A stretch of DNA of 64,000 bases, taken from positions 1 to 64,000 of IMG/VR virus record IMGVR_UViG_3300025035_000003. One strand, 5' to 3'. The translations under genes were made by a program, and so were the position numbers. Of the stretch, positions 33,107 through 43,857 are shown piece by piece (the stretch's first letter is position 1; each line of letters opens with the position of its first letter). This DNA is from a virus. The notes under the pieces are model-generated. The model was not told the DNA's origin, made no database searches, and was given only the letters and a program-made list of their open reading frames with translations.

Positions 33107-33991
33107 TTATAACCTAAAGTCCTGAGCAAGGACACTACGTAGCTCTGGCTGTTCTTGCCATAGCCGTATAGAACGTGATATAACTGATAACATGCCTTCT
33201 ATGTAGTTATAGTCCTGCTCAGTAATAGATTCAGTAAGTACACGTACTTCAGTTGGGTATTGCTTAACAACTCCATACTTCTTCGTCTTCTCGTTAAACT
33301 TGCCTACTCTACCTACATTGTTTCGTGTAACGTAGATAATACGAATACGATCAGCATGGATACCACGTTTACTGTATAGGTATGCATATGTTAATAGTTG
33401 CAATCTATGCTTATATTCAATTCTGTCTGGAAGAGATGTAGCAGATGTTGTCTTGTAGTCAGTGATCGTACATTGATCGTAGGTACCAGTTAGATCAGTA
33501 GAAACTGCCCCATCTGTGTATGTAACACCAGGGACGATTATGCCATCATTAGACCCACCAACATAGATTGCTCCGTGAGATGGTGTTGCTGGGATGAGCT
33601 CTTCCATGAGGAACTCCTCAACGAATGAAGGGCGATTATGTAGTAAATAGTCATTGATTAGCTTAGTTCCCATAGTTGGGTAGTGCTCACGAATAATAGA
33701 TCCGTCTACTTCCGTATTGATACCACACTGCTTATCAATGTAGTCCTCCATTTGCTCGCCATTTACTGTACCGAATCGTACGAATGATTCAGCAAAACCA
33801 TGCACTACAGTTCCGAGGACACTCGCTGTAGAACCAGTAAAACTCTTCTCTCCTAGCATTAGTTCACGCCAGAATTCATTGGTGTTGGTGATGTACTTTG
33901 CAATTGATGAAGCAGAGATACGTATATCTCCTGGATTCATTAAGTTCTTGCCATCATAGTACTCAAGATCGATTTGGTTGGTTGTACTCAT
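33107..33991 (-). CDS. PD-(D/E)XK nuclease
   Basis: ISASSI, GTVVH, GSND, DYKT, QLLTY. Confidence 0.8.
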   Translation of the reverse strand: MSTTNQIDLEYYDGKNLMNPGDIRISASSIAKYITNTNEFWRELMLGEKSFTGSTASVLGTVVHGFAESFVRFGTVNGEQMEDYIDKQCGINTEVDGSIIREHYPTMGTKLINDYLLHNRPSFVEEFLMEELIPATPSHGAIYVGGSNDGIIVPGVTYTDGAVSTDLTGTYDQCTITDYKTTSATSLPDRIEYKHRLQLLTYAYLYSKRGIHADRIRIIYVTRNNVGRVGKFNEKTKKYGVVKQYPTEVRVLTESITEQDYNYIEGMLSVISRSIRLWQEQPELRSVLAQDFRL

Positions 33992-34242
33992 TGTGAGCTC
34001 CTTTTATAGTCTAGTGGGTGAGTTAGTGTGAAATAACTACATGTATTACATGTGCTACGTATGTGTTCGTGCTCTACCACATGGTTCGTGTATGGTGGAA
34101 ACCCTTTTGCCGCATACGTCGATGTTTTTTAGGAATTCAGACATATTGGAAGTAGTTACGTCGCTGGTAAGTGCTCCTGCTCTAACAAATTCTTTATTTA
34201 TGTAGGCACTTCCACATTTAAGGTATTTATTCATGTTTATCC

Positions 34243-34722
34243 TTATTTATGTACTAAGTACTTTTTGTGTATTTTGTACCCCATACTATTGCATTTATTG
34301 CGTATAGCTGAGATGGTTGTCCCCTCTGGCAGTTTGTCTGTAAGACGTTTAAGCGAATTGCGATATGTACCATGAGGTGAAGTAGCGCAGTCAGTGATTA
34401 GCTGTTCATGTGCTGTTGTCCATTTCATTCGGACTGAAGATGGCAATGGGGGTGGAGTAGGTTGATTGACTACAGTATGCGGAGTAAATGGGGTTGATTT
34501 ATTTCTGTTTAATGCTGATATTCCATCCAGTGGTGGAGACGAGGCAGCATGTGTGTATCTACTAATACCAAAATTCATTGATTCTACTTTACTTTTATGT
34601 AAGTCGTCCCGTTCGGATGGTGTGCGCTCAGGTAAGGACATACTGAGCTGTTCTGGTAAGCTAGCGGTTAATTTACGAAGTTCAATTAGAATTTCGTTTA
34701 GTAGTAACTCAAGTTGGTACAT
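34243..34722 (-). CDS. Hypothetical protein with a C-terminal Myb/HTH-like segment
   Basis: WTTAHEQLI...GTTISAIRNK. Confidence 0.45.
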   Translation of the reverse strand: MYQLELLLNEILIELRKLTASLPEQLSMSLPERTPSERDDLHKSKVESMNFGISRYTHAASSPPLDGISALNRNKSTPFTPHTVVNQPTPPPLPSSVRMKWTTAHEQLITDCATSPHGTYRNSLKRLTDKLPEGTTISAIRNKCNSMGYKIHKKYLVHK

Positions 34723-35642
34723 TTGTTTTTATCCTGATAATATAGTTTATTGACTTCTTGCTTTGTAGCAAGTCTATAGTCATGCTTTAATGAATCGTAT
34801 AACCACTTGCTGAAAACTATCATTAAATCTGTACCACCATGTCGTATAATGATTGCGGGAAAGTTACGTTCGTCCTCATACCATTTTTTCACTATAGGAG
34901 TGAGGTTAAATCTAGCGCTATAGTGGTTTGTTAGTCTACCGACAGATTGACAAGTACCATTGGCACTCCATCTATATGTATGTTTATGGTTATTTTGTGT
35001 TTTAACTATACCATATACCCATGCACTATTAGCAAACTTAAATTCACAGTCAAATTCTGGTTTGCTGAATTCATAGTGTGCTCCATCTTCTGCTGTTATT
35101 GATAAAGCGGTAGATGGCATATAAAGCGGTTCTTTAAGCCTATAAGTAAGTTCTTCCGAATATGTTTCAAAGAAAGTAATTTTTAAATCAAACCAATATC
35201 CTCGCAGAGGTTTATATTCAACTTCTACATCAGGATTAGCTATAACTGCATCAGCTATAATAGAGTGTTCTTTTAGGATTAGTTTATAATTCTTTGCCTT
35301 CATTCTAAATATAGGATTTGGTATTTTATATGGAAATTTAAGTGCTATACAATAGCAGTCATACCTACCAGTAGCATATTTCTCTTTCAGCTCAGCTATC
35401 TCGTCATGTGGAACTTCTTTAGTAGAACTTAGTTTTCCATCTACTAAATAGAGAGATTTTATGGTTTTTAAACCCATATCCCCAACTCTTCTTCCCCATA
35501 TATAATTATCCCAATCAGTATCAGCTGAAAAATCAGAGCTATAATCATATAAATCAGCAATAAGCAAATTATAAGCCTCTTGAGACGCTTCTATATAGTA
35601 GCCGTTCCATCTACCGTCATACGTTGTAGATTTGTTACTCAT
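34698..35642 (-). CDS. Hypothetical protein
   Basis: Long ORF; probable start MSNKST with a GGAG RBS. Confidence 0.55.
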   Translation of the reverse strand: MSNKSTTYDGRWNGYYIEASQEAYNLLIADLYDYSSDFSADTDWDNYIWGRRVGDMGLKTIKSLYLVDGKLSSTKEVPHDEIAELKEKYATGRYDCYCIALKFPYKIPNPIFRMKAKNYKLILKEHSIIADAVIANPDVEVEYKPLRGYWFDLKITFFETYSEELTYRLKEPLYMPSTALSITAEDGAHYEFSKPEFDCEFKFANSAWVYGIVKTQNNHKHTYRWSANGTCQSVGRLTNHYSARFNLTPIVKKWYEDERNFPAIIIRHGGTDLMIVFSKWLYDSLKHDYRLATKQEVNKLYYQDKNKCTNLSYY

Positions 35643-36246
35643 TTGTTTCTCCAAATATAGATTTATCATGATAATATGCAATAGCGACTGCTTCTGCAAG
35701 GCCATCCTCTGCCGAGATAAACGTAAACTGATTAGGCGTTAGATTGCAGTTAGTTAGTAAGTTCTGTGTGAAGTTAATAGCTACCTGCTTATCGCGTCCT
35801 AAGTCAAGCGCCCTCTTCCATACGTGTGGTGGTACTTGTGTAATAGGAATATTTGTTAATTCAGCAATAGCTAATAGCTTGCCGAAGTTTCGGTTAGTTG
35901 ACGCAGTCGAGGCAGCTGAATTACCAAAACTCATAGCAGGGGACTCTATAATTATATGTGCTTCAATGCTAGCAAGTGCGTCTTCTATGATGAAATCAAC
36001 TATAGCATTACAATCTAATTCCTTGTGCGTCTTAGCTGGTGTTTTGATAATTAACTTGTAGGCACCCTTATTAGGGCCAGACTTGATTAATACCTTCTTA
36101 CCAGCTTTGTCACGTGCAAATACATTAACTGCAGGTTTAGTTACGACTGTACGTGTTGGCATACGAATAACAGTTAGAGTATTGGTCTCAGTGTTAATTC
36201 TACATATTCCACCGTTAAGTCCTGGATCGATGCTAATTAATATCAT
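35635..36246 (-). CDS. RuvC-like Holliday junction resolvase
   Basis: ISIDPGLNGG, IIES, PHVWKRAL, DGLAEA. Confidence 0.8.
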   Translation of the reverse strand: MILISIDPGLNGGICRINTETNTLTVIRMPTRTVVTKPAVNVFARDKAGKKVLIKSGPNKGAYKLIIKTPAKTHKELDCNAIVDFIIEDALASIEAHIIIESPAMSFGNSAASTASTNRNFGKLLAIAELTNIPITQVPPHVWKRALDLGRDKQVAINFTQNLLTNCNLTPNQFTFISAEDGLAEAVAIAYYHDKSIFGETNE

Positions 36247-36908
36247 TTATACTCGTTTATATTAAATTCAATTGGTGTATTTACTAACTCATATCTATCA
36301 TTTAGTATTGATGCACATATATTAGTAAGGTTTCCTTGTATGGTTACACTATACGCTTCATGTATATGTCCTGATATATGATGAGTTAGATTAGGTAGCT
36401 CTAATTTACGCTTCTGTAATGAAGTTGAGCCTACATGCCGATCTTTATTATATGTACTGTTAGCACAATCTAACGTATGATATGCTGGATCATGTGCAAT
36501 TAGAACTTGTGTTGTAAGTGGGATCTCTCCCATATAGTAGATAGTTCCTCTTCAGAATTCATAAAAGCCCAATCACCGAAATTATTACTACGAGGTGACC
36601 TATAGAAGTTAACTCCATCTATAGTGATGGATGCGTCCTGTAGGCAGGTAATTCCATATGAGTTGAAAAGCGCCTGCGTTTTGTCATACCCATAAGCTTC
36701 TATTTCTACTTCATGGTTACCTGCTATGCGTATCTTATATTTGAAAGGTTGTTTGGTTAGCCATTCTAGGAATGCTATAGTTTCAGTCAGTCCTAGGTCT
36801 CTACAACCTATCCAATCGCCAGCATGAATTTAAAATGTCTGCCGTGTATATGGATAAGTCTAGCTGTTCGTGTTTACCATGCGTATCATTGATTGCTGCA
36901 CATTTCAT
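36243..36908 (-). pseudogene. Metallophosphoesterase, two frameshifts
   Basis: DTHG, IHAGDW, AGNHE and GHIHE lie in three frames; breaks near 36832 and 36525. Confidence 0.8.
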
Positions 36909-37353
36909 TATGTTGCCGTGCTAGCTAGTATGTATTGGCAGGCTTTAAAGAACCTGTTAATATCATATGGTATCATGCACCCAGCAGATGATTTAGACTT
37001 CTTTGGGTTCTTTCCCTACTATTATCTTAGTAACTTTAATCTCATAGCATGACTCCTCAAATATCTAGTCATCATAGAAGTGTATTCTACATAGGTGCAC
37101 TAGCTCATAAATGTTAATAGATTTATAGGTATACACACCGTTTGGTATGCTCTTAATTACAAAATCTCTTTTATCTAAATACCTAAAACATACAGAAGTC
37201 CCATCAATTTAAATCATTCATCTGTGGTTATAGGTGGACTACACTTGGTCTTAATACTGCTGCTATACCCAAACATGCTTTTCATTAATTCTGAGCCAGT
37301 AGCAGGAATCACATTAAAACCTAATACTTCACTTAGTACCTCTTTACTTATCA

Positions 37354-38667
37354 TCATTTATCCTTCATAGTCCGTGGTGCGTACTCACCAAGACATTTAT
37401 AGTTACGGTCATGGCCTACGAATAGGTGAACACGTTCAGATGCTCGTGAGATAGCTACGTATAGTATACGTAGGTAGTTATTAATGTTCGATGTGTCCAT
37501 TATATGCACCAGGTCAGTTACATCTACAAAGACTTCTGGAACAGTGCTACCTTGAAGTGAGTGACTTGTCGCCGCAAATAAATGATGACAAATACTAAAA
37601 CTATCTTTAGCAGCGTAGTATTCCTTCCAATTACGTTCGTCTGCTAAGGCTTGTAAGTGGTTCATAAATTGAGTTTTCACCTTTGGAGTATCAATTACAC
37701 CTTTGTCAGTTAGAAGCGACCAATAAATACCACAATCCATTACATCCTGCACAACACAGATAGCTCTGTTAGGTATAATAGTTTTACCGTCTATGATAAT
37801 AGGTGATGTAGGTTTAACTATATCCCCAATAGAGTAAGTATCTTCTGATTGTACAATATACTTTTTCACATTAGAATTATATATTTTAACTGTTTTATTC
37901 ATGAAACACGCAAATACTTTAGATGGTTGAGCTGTGTTACGATATGCTTTCAGAAATTCACAGTGATTAGTATGCACAATTAGATTAGCAGATGTCTCTG
38001 GCAATTCTGGAAGTACCTTGCTATTAGCTTCAATAAGTGCACGGATGGTTAGTAGATAAGATGAAATATCCGATCTAGTTGAGTCCTGTCGCATGTTGAT
38101 AGTTAGCTCATAGCTAGGGTATCTATCAAGATTAGCTGAGTTAGGAAGTACTAATTGGATAGGGTCACCTACTAGTATTATCTTGGACTTAACACGCGCT
38201 TCCTTGAGGTATACCATAAGTTCAGATGTAAGCATAGACACTTCATCGCAGATAAGGTACTCAACAGGAGGCCGTTCTTTAGCATTCTCCATTTTGAGTA
38301 ACCTGTTACCACCATGTCCATCTGGAACTAAACGCATACCAAGATAAGAGTGAATAGTCATGGCTTCAGTTCTGGATCTGTATTTATCAGGAATCATGTT
38401 CTGTAAGGCTGCCACTGATTCATGCGTAGTACCTGTTAATGCTATAGTGATTTTGTTGTCAAGGCAGTGCTTAATGAATAAAGCAGTTGTATGTGTCTTA
38501 CCAACACCTGCTCCACCTGTAAGGCGACAGATATGCGCATCTGAATTAAGCAGTTGTGATAGTACATCTAGTTGGTGGGGTGATGTACCAGAGATGCTCC
38601 ACTGCTTAGTTGATATTTGTGCTGACTTACCAGTTGGTCGTTCGAATACGAATGGCTCAATTTGCAT
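37354..38667 (-). CDS. SF1 RecD/Dda-like DNA helicase
   Basis: GGAGVGKT, DEVSM, GDPIQL, TSHSLQGST, YVAISRA. Confidence 0.88.
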   Translation of the reverse strand: MQIEPFVFERPTGKSAQISTKQWSISGTSPHQLDVLSQLLNSDAHICRLTGGAGVGKTHTTALFIKHCLDNKITIALTGTTHESVAALQNMIPDKYRSRTEAMTIHSYLGMRLVPDGHGGNRLLKMENAKERPPVEYLICDEVSMLTSELMVYLKEARVKSKIILVGDPIQLVLPNSANLDRYPSYELTINMRQDSTRSDISSYLLTIRALIEANSKVLPELPETSANLIVHTNHCEFLKAYRNTAQPSKVFACFMNKTVKIYNSNVKKYIVQSEDTYSIGDIVKPTSPIIIDGKTIIPNRAICVVQDVMDCGIYWSLLTDKGVIDTPKVKTQFMNHLQALADERNWKEYYAAKDSFSICHHLFAATSHSLQGSTVPEVFVDVTDLVHIMDTSNINNYLRILYVAISRASERVHLFVGHDRNYKCLGEYAPRTMKDK

Positions 38668-38831
38668 TATGTTCCTTTTGGTTTAAATTCTGCGCAACCG
38701 AAGTTTAGCTCTATACTGTGCCCAATATTAAATACTGTGCAAGTTTGTTCTTGTTGATGTGCACAGTTAACACAACGAGAGACTTCTAGATCGTTGCACT
38801 TAGCTCTGTCGTTCCACCCACGTGCATAGGC

Positions 38832-41087
38832 TTACCATGCTCGCACCTGTGATAATAGTGTGTTTTCTAGCCGTTGTTGGTCCATCGGTATCTCCCAATA
38901 CTCATTTATCTCCTGTAATAGTGCTACAATAGAGTCAGTAGGTAGCCCAAGCTCACGGGCATGGTATGCTGCTCTGATTAGGTTACGAGATCCATTATCA
39001 ACACATTCAAAGGCATATTGAAATGTACCAAAGCTATTTTCTAGTAACTTCTTCTTCTCTCCATCCGTTAATTCCTTAACTGGACCTGCGGTTACTTGAG
39101 CAGCTGCGAATAGTATGTGGTCCTTGATTTCCAATGGAGATTTATCTGTAACAGATAGTACTTCTCGCCCACCGTAACAGAATAGCACTTGTGCCTGTGG
39201 TAATGGATCATGCTGGACACCTAAATAAGAGGCTACTGACTTCATGAAATGCTTCCATAAACGAGGCTCGATTTCAAGAGTTGAATCCAATTCCACTGCT
39301 AAGTGGTACTTGTAGTTATTATTGTCATCAGAACCACGTACTAAATGGTGGTTAATATCTTGTAAGATAAAGTGCACAGAGTCAATTGATAATGTAGATG
39401 TATCTATGTCGAATAGTAGCCAATTAGTTGAGTTGATTAGATTCTCCTTTAGGCGTACTCCACCTTCGAAGATATAATTAGATATAGCACAGTTAGTTGA
39501 CATAGCAATAGATATGTCAGCGAACGATGAAGATACGTTCTGATATCCGGATTTAATTATAGATCCAAGATACTGCTTATAATCATCTTTCGCTTTCTTC
39601 TGCTTAGCAGCTGGTAACGCATAAATAGCTAAGAATTTAGCAGACATGTCATCACGTATCTCCAGGTATGATGTATTGAATGCGCCGAGTTCAGTTTCCT
39701 GTGTAGATACAGGTGTGAGGCCCTCATAATAAATACCATCTTTAGATGCTGTATAAATGCCATTTACGTCATAGCTGGTTGCAGACTTAGCTAATTCGTT
39801 GAGACGGGCTTCTGCTGATGAGCTAACATACCCTAGTTTACGTAGGTTATGTATAGATAAAAATGCCTTACCATGTTCAGCTATAGTGTGCATGAAATCA
39901 GCGAATTGCTCGTACGATTCCTTGATTAGCTCACGTTCAAATAGCATGAGGTCGTTAGCGAATATCTCTAGCGTATTGATCGCTGCTACGTAGTGATGTG
40001 GTTCAATCGTTGACGATAAATCATAGATTGCATACACAGCAGATAGCTTAAGAGCACGCCATTGATAATGCTTACGCGCTATTTCAGATATAGGGTACAT
40101 CTTAGGTACTAATTCAGATTGTTGTTCGTTATAGGTTAAGTATGTGTCGAATAAACGTACTGTGGACTGGGAGAGAGTAAGTGGTTTCGTAGTTGTACTA
40201 ACAACTAAGTTATCTATACGCTTACTAAGCACATCCTGTGCAGTTAGTGTAGTTTGCTTAATATCCTCTTCTGCATCAAATTTTGCCTCCATAGATGAGT
40301 ATGTAGTGATAGGTGTAGGTTCTGGGTTAAATGAAAAATTCCCCCTACGTGCTAATTGCGCAGTAAATGCTTGCTTAAACTGTTCTTTGACTTTAGGCTC
40401 GTAGAGAATAACTGATTCAGTGCCAAACATTAAAGCACTTACTGGGAAGCCAGTTATTTCACCTACTTGGTTAAGATCATCTTTGACGATTGTTGCAGGT
40501 ATGTTCCCAAGATCATATGACTTAGCTAATAGAGTTAGAATTAGAGGCATGTCTTTGTTAGAGAGGAGGTCAGAGCCTACTTCAGATGTACTTATATAAC
40601 CAGCACCAACGGACCCTTCTGCAAGCATAGCAAAATGCTGAGTCATTCCCTGGAGTGTACCAAGTTCAGGCATAAGTGGTCGAAGTACACGTAGATACTT
40701 ATAATAGTTCTCTAGTTCATCTCCAGAGGCTAATGCTTTCTCCTGGGCAAGGAGTTTAGCATCAGATTCACGTTTAGCTTTGATAGTATCGTAACCAGAC
40801 TTTAGCGCAATACGTACAGCATTAACAGATGAATCCTTAGCATCACCTGAGCGTGCTAGGATAGTGGATATCATATTAGTTGTAACTATCGATTTAGGGT
40901 CAAATTGGATAGGTTTACGTAGGTGTGAAGCGAATGTAGTAAGCTCAGATATGGCAATAGCTATCTTCATTTTATGTTTAGCTTTAGTATTTATACATGC
41001 GACTGCATCTTGCACTATTGCTGGTATTTGTGGAACTAACGCTCCTTTCTCACGAAGGTATTGCTCCTCCATTGTTATCTGACTCAT
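38832..41087 (-). CDS. Putative DNA primase (N4-like)
   Basis: 751 aa; degenerate P-loop (ARSGDAKD), FDID acidic motif, primase C-terminal-like helix (SRNLIRAA); sits between helicase and polymerase. Confidence 0.6.
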   Translation of the reverse strand: MSQITMEEQYLREKGALVPQIPAIVQDAVACINTKAKHKMKIAIAISELTTFASHLRKPIQFDPKSIVTTNMISTILARSGDAKDSSVNAVRIALKSGYDTIKAKRESDAKLLAQEKALASGDELENYYKYLRVLRPLMPELGTLQGMTQHFAMLAEGSVGAGYISTSEVGSDLLSNKDMPLILTLLAKSYDLGNIPATIVKDDLNQVGEITGFPVSALMFGTESVILYEPKVKEQFKQAFTAQLARRGNFSFNPEPTPITTYSSMEAKFDAEEDIKQTTLTAQDVLSKRIDNLVVSTTTKPLTLSQSTVRLFDTYLTYNEQQSELVPKMYPISEIARKHYQWRALKLSAVYAIYDLSSTIEPHHYVAAINTLEIFANDLMLFERELIKESYEQFADFMHTIAEHGKAFLSIHNLRKLGYVSSSAEARLNELAKSATSYDVNGIYTASKDGIYYEGLTPVSTQETELGAFNTSYLEIRDDMSAKFLAIYALPAAKQKKAKDDYKQYLGSIIKSGYQNVSSSFADISIAMSTNCAISNYIFEGGVRLKENLINSTNWLLFDIDTSTLSIDSVHFILQDINHHLVRGSDDNNNYKYHLAVELDSTLEIEPRLWKHFMKSVASYLGVQHDPLPQAQVLFCYGGREVLSVTDKSPLEIKDHILFAAAQVTAGPVKELTDGEKKKLLENSFGTFQYAFECVDNGSRNLIRAAYHARELGLPTDSIVALLQEINEYWEIPMDQQRLENTLLSQVRAW

Positions 41088-41097
41088 GTATACCCTT

Positions 41098-41412
41098 TTA
41101 TTTATCTGTTGTTAGTAATATATCTTTAGAAACAGTAAAAGGTACCCCTACTCTTTCTGAATCTGTGTATTTAGATTTAGATACTCCCCATGCTCCGGAC
41201 TTAGCCCACCCATGTGAATGTGTAGCATCATTTGGATCTTGCGCTAATGTCGCCTTTTTGTATAATTGTAATAAACTATCTTTTAGCTCATTTACTGTTG
41301 GAAAACAAATATCATTATTAACTAGTATGCGCCAGTTTAGTATTTCCATTTCTTTAGCTACTGCTTCAAAACCTATTGACTCGAGTGCTTCTTCTATTGT
41401 TGTAAATTGCAT
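41098..41412 (-). CDS. Hypothetical protein
   Basis: AAGGA RBS, 104 aa. Confidence 0.5.
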   Translation of the reverse strand: MQFTTIEEALESIGFEAVAKEMEILNWRILVNNDICFPTVNELKDSLLQLYKKATLAQDPNDATHSHGWAKSGAWGVSKSKYTDSERVGVPFTVSKDILLTTDK

Positions 41413-41425
41413 GCGTGTATTCCTT

Positions 41426-41713
41426 TTATTTGTAATAGCTGTTGAATTTAGCTAGTGTGATGTTGTAATTAGTATCTAAGTTAAAACAATTATACCCTGT
41501 GTCTATTAGATTTTTCAATCTAGCGTATAGTCCTATATAGTTTTGACCTTTCACATCGTCTTGTAAAAAAGTAGTATCTTCATTCCAAGCAAAATTGCCT
41601 ATACTACGTAAGTATGTTAATGTTGCTAAGTCCTTGTCATCATCTGTTTTCACCAGATTGTGTGTATTACAATCTGGACCATTTTCTGAGTGGAATATTA
41701 ATAATTGTTCCAT
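41426..41713 (-). CDS. Hypothetical protein
   Basis: 95-aa ORF with RBS. Confidence 0.5.
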   Translation of the reverse strand: MEQLLIFHSENGPDCNTHNLVKTDDDKDLATLTYLRSIGNFAWNEDTTFLQDDVKGQNYIGLYARLKNLIDTGYNCFNLDTNYNITLAKFNSYYK

Positions 41714-41752
41714 GGTATACCCTTTTGATTAATTAATTAATTATAAACTTAC

Positions 41753-41820
41753 TAGAACTTCTACTCAACTACAGGTGCAGTAGTTACAAGCTATCCCACT
41801 CTGGGTTTGTAGAAGTTCTA
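41753..41820. other. Intergenic inverted repeat enclosing two small hairpins
   Basis: tagaacttctac / gtagaagttcta (12 bp perfect) with inner aactac/gtagtt and ccca/tggg. Confidence 0.6.
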
Positions 41821-41908
41821 TAAGCTTATTTGTTGGGGCAAGTAATTGTTGCTTGCCGTACTACTTAATAACCGGGCTACATGTTTACCGGAACCTCTAT
41901 GTTTATTT

Positions 41909-43255
41909 CTAATGTACGTCGTACTGTGTTAAACCTATCTTTGGCTTACCATGTACATGATAAGTTAATCCTAGTGCAATAGATGCTTTAGAGAAACCTG
42001 CAGATAGTATATCACATATAGCAGGAGCATTATCAGGCATTGCTTCTATATTAACAGCATCATGAATATTAGCGACATACCCAAAGTCTCTACCATGTAT
42101 AAATCCTGCTGCAAGTAACTCTCTGTTAATTACTACTAGATAGTACTTCATAAAGATAGCACCTGCATGTTGTAATAAAAGATTGCCTGCAGAATGAGGT
42201 GAGCGAGCTTCTAGATGATGACCATATAAACCTTTTAGTTTATTAGCTTTAGCTAGCTTTTTAGTATTCTCTAGGAAGTCTTTAAGGCCTGCTGTTTTAG
42301 CTAAGAAGCTGTTAGCTGTTTGTGTCCCAAATATTGTTTGCAGGATTAATGTCTCAGTATATGGGATTAGTTTATCTTTAGCTATTGGAAATAGTTGTTT
42401 ACCATCTATAGTAGTCAATCGTTTTTCAACACTTTTCTTTGCAGTATCATACTCAGCTTGTGTATAAACTAAGTTGTTAGCAGTTGTATTTGTCCATAGT
42501 CCCCAACCTATTCTAGTATTACCAGACCCATACAAATATCCATAAATAAACGTCTTCGCTAGATCTCGAGTTGGTAAGCCAGTTGCTCGCTGATTGATTG
42601 AGTGAATATCAGTTGGTGGTGACGCATCTTTATCCCCTGAATCAACTGATTGTGCATAGAAATAGTTATCATATGGCCCTAAATAATGACCAAGCATAAC
42701 TAACTCAAGTGCATCCGCATCTACATCAATTAATACTTTTCCGGGTGCAGCTCGCATTAACTCACGAAATTCCTTTGATTTAGGTATCTGTGTAATATTT
42801 GGGGAGGAATGACTCATACGGCCTGTATTAGTTCCGAGTGTGTCAACATTTCCTCTAAAACGATTATCAGATGGAAGAAGTTTTAATAATGAATTATCCC
42901 CTTCTGATAATTGACCAAGGTCTTTCACTACTTTCAGGTAACGTTTAAGATCATCAGCATCACTAAGTTGCATCTCTGCTAATGTATCTGCATCAACCTT
43001 TGGACTACCGTTAGCTGTAAAGATAGTAGGTTCCCAATTATAATACTTCTTCATCCAACGTACTATTTTCTGCCGTGAACCAGGTTCAAATGCTACGTAC
43101 TTAAGCGGACAATACTCACCTTCGAAGTACTGGTATACAAAACGCAGTGGGAATACTGACCATTTGATTGGTTTAGATGGTAGTTTGATTTTACCATTCT
43201 TGTAGTAAGTGTACTGATATAGCGGGCTAGGTTGCTGTAAGTTAAGATACCACAT
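41909..43255 (-). CDS. Family A DNA polymerase, polymerase half
   Basis: TGRMSHSSPNITQIP, motif A DADALEL, motif B RDLAKTFIYGYLYG, motif C IHDA. Confidence 0.92.
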   Translation of the reverse strand: MWYLNLQQPSPLYQYTYYKNGKIKLPSKPIKWSVFPLRFVYQYFEGEYCPLKYVAFEPGSRQKIVRWMKKYYNWEPTIFTANGSPKVDADTLAEMQLSDADDLKRYLKVVKDLGQLSEGDNSLLKLLPSDNRFRGNVDTLGTNTGRMSHSSPNITQIPKSKEFRELMRAAPGKVLIDVDADALELVMLGHYLGPYDNYFYAQSVDSGDKDASPPTDIHSINQRATGLPTRDLAKTFIYGYLYGSGNTRIGWGLWTNTTANNLVYTQAEYDTAKKSVEKRLTTIDGKQLFPIAKDKLIPYTETLILQTIFGTQTANSFLAKTAGLKDFLENTKKLAKANKLKGLYGHHLEARSPHSAGNLLLQHAGAIFMKYYLVVINRELLAAGFIHGRDFGYVANIHDAVNIEAMPDNAPAICDILSAGFSKASIALGLTYHVHGKPKIGLTQYDVH

Positions 43256-43480
43256 TTATTTATTTATCTCACGTATAGTATTTAATGCTTTAGTTCGTAA
43301 ACAATGTTCAGGATGTGAAATATCTTGCATAGTTTTAGCGGATTCATTTTTGTTATAACTTGTTCTACTTCCACATAATGGGCAAAGTGAATAATAAGGC
43401 CCATTACTATCATCATCTTCTAATGGTTTGAATGTTTCGTCAAACTCTTCTACTGTGTACATGTCTTTATATGTTGTCAT
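43256..43480 (-). CDS. Small CxxC protein inserted between the polymerase halves
   Basis: CPLCG...HPEHC; ATGA overlap with the upstream ORF. Confidence 0.55.
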   Translation of the reverse strand: MTTYKDMYTVEEFDETFKPLEDDDSNGPYYSLCPLCGSRTSYNKNESAKTMQDISHPEHCLRTKALNTIREINK

Positions 43481-43854
43481 TTTATTTCCTCCACGTTCCA
43501 ACCATATGTAAAATCAAGTTCATTGCTAATTTGATCACCTGCCCAGTAGTCCATATCTGCTCCACTATTGTATAGCTGCTTGGCTTTAGTTATTGCTTCG
43601 TATGGTGAGGATGCTTCGACATCTAGATTAGCAAATTGTGCTTCCGTTACTAAGAATTCAGGGCGAACTCGATACTTATGAAGTGGGTGGGTACTAGCTA
43701 TTTCCTGCTTGCATGTGTTTAATTCTGCTAATAGCTTAGGATCAGTGAACCCTTTCTCGACTACAGTGTGGAGTGCTTCTGTGAGATGCTTGATGCGTAC
43801 GTTGAGTCGCTTGTTCTTTGCTTTATTCCGCCTAGCTGATAGTGAACGTGCCAT
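43477..43854 (-). CDS. Hypothetical protein inserted between the polymerase halves
   Basis: 125 aa with a basic N-terminus. Confidence 0.55.
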   Translation of the reverse strand: MARSLSARRNKAKNKRLNVRIKHLTEALHTVVEKGFTDPKLLAELNTCKQEIASTHPLHKYRVRPEFLVTEAQFANLDVEASSPYEAITKAKQLYNSGADMDYWAGDQISNELDFTYGWNVEEIK

Positions 43855-43857
43855 TGG

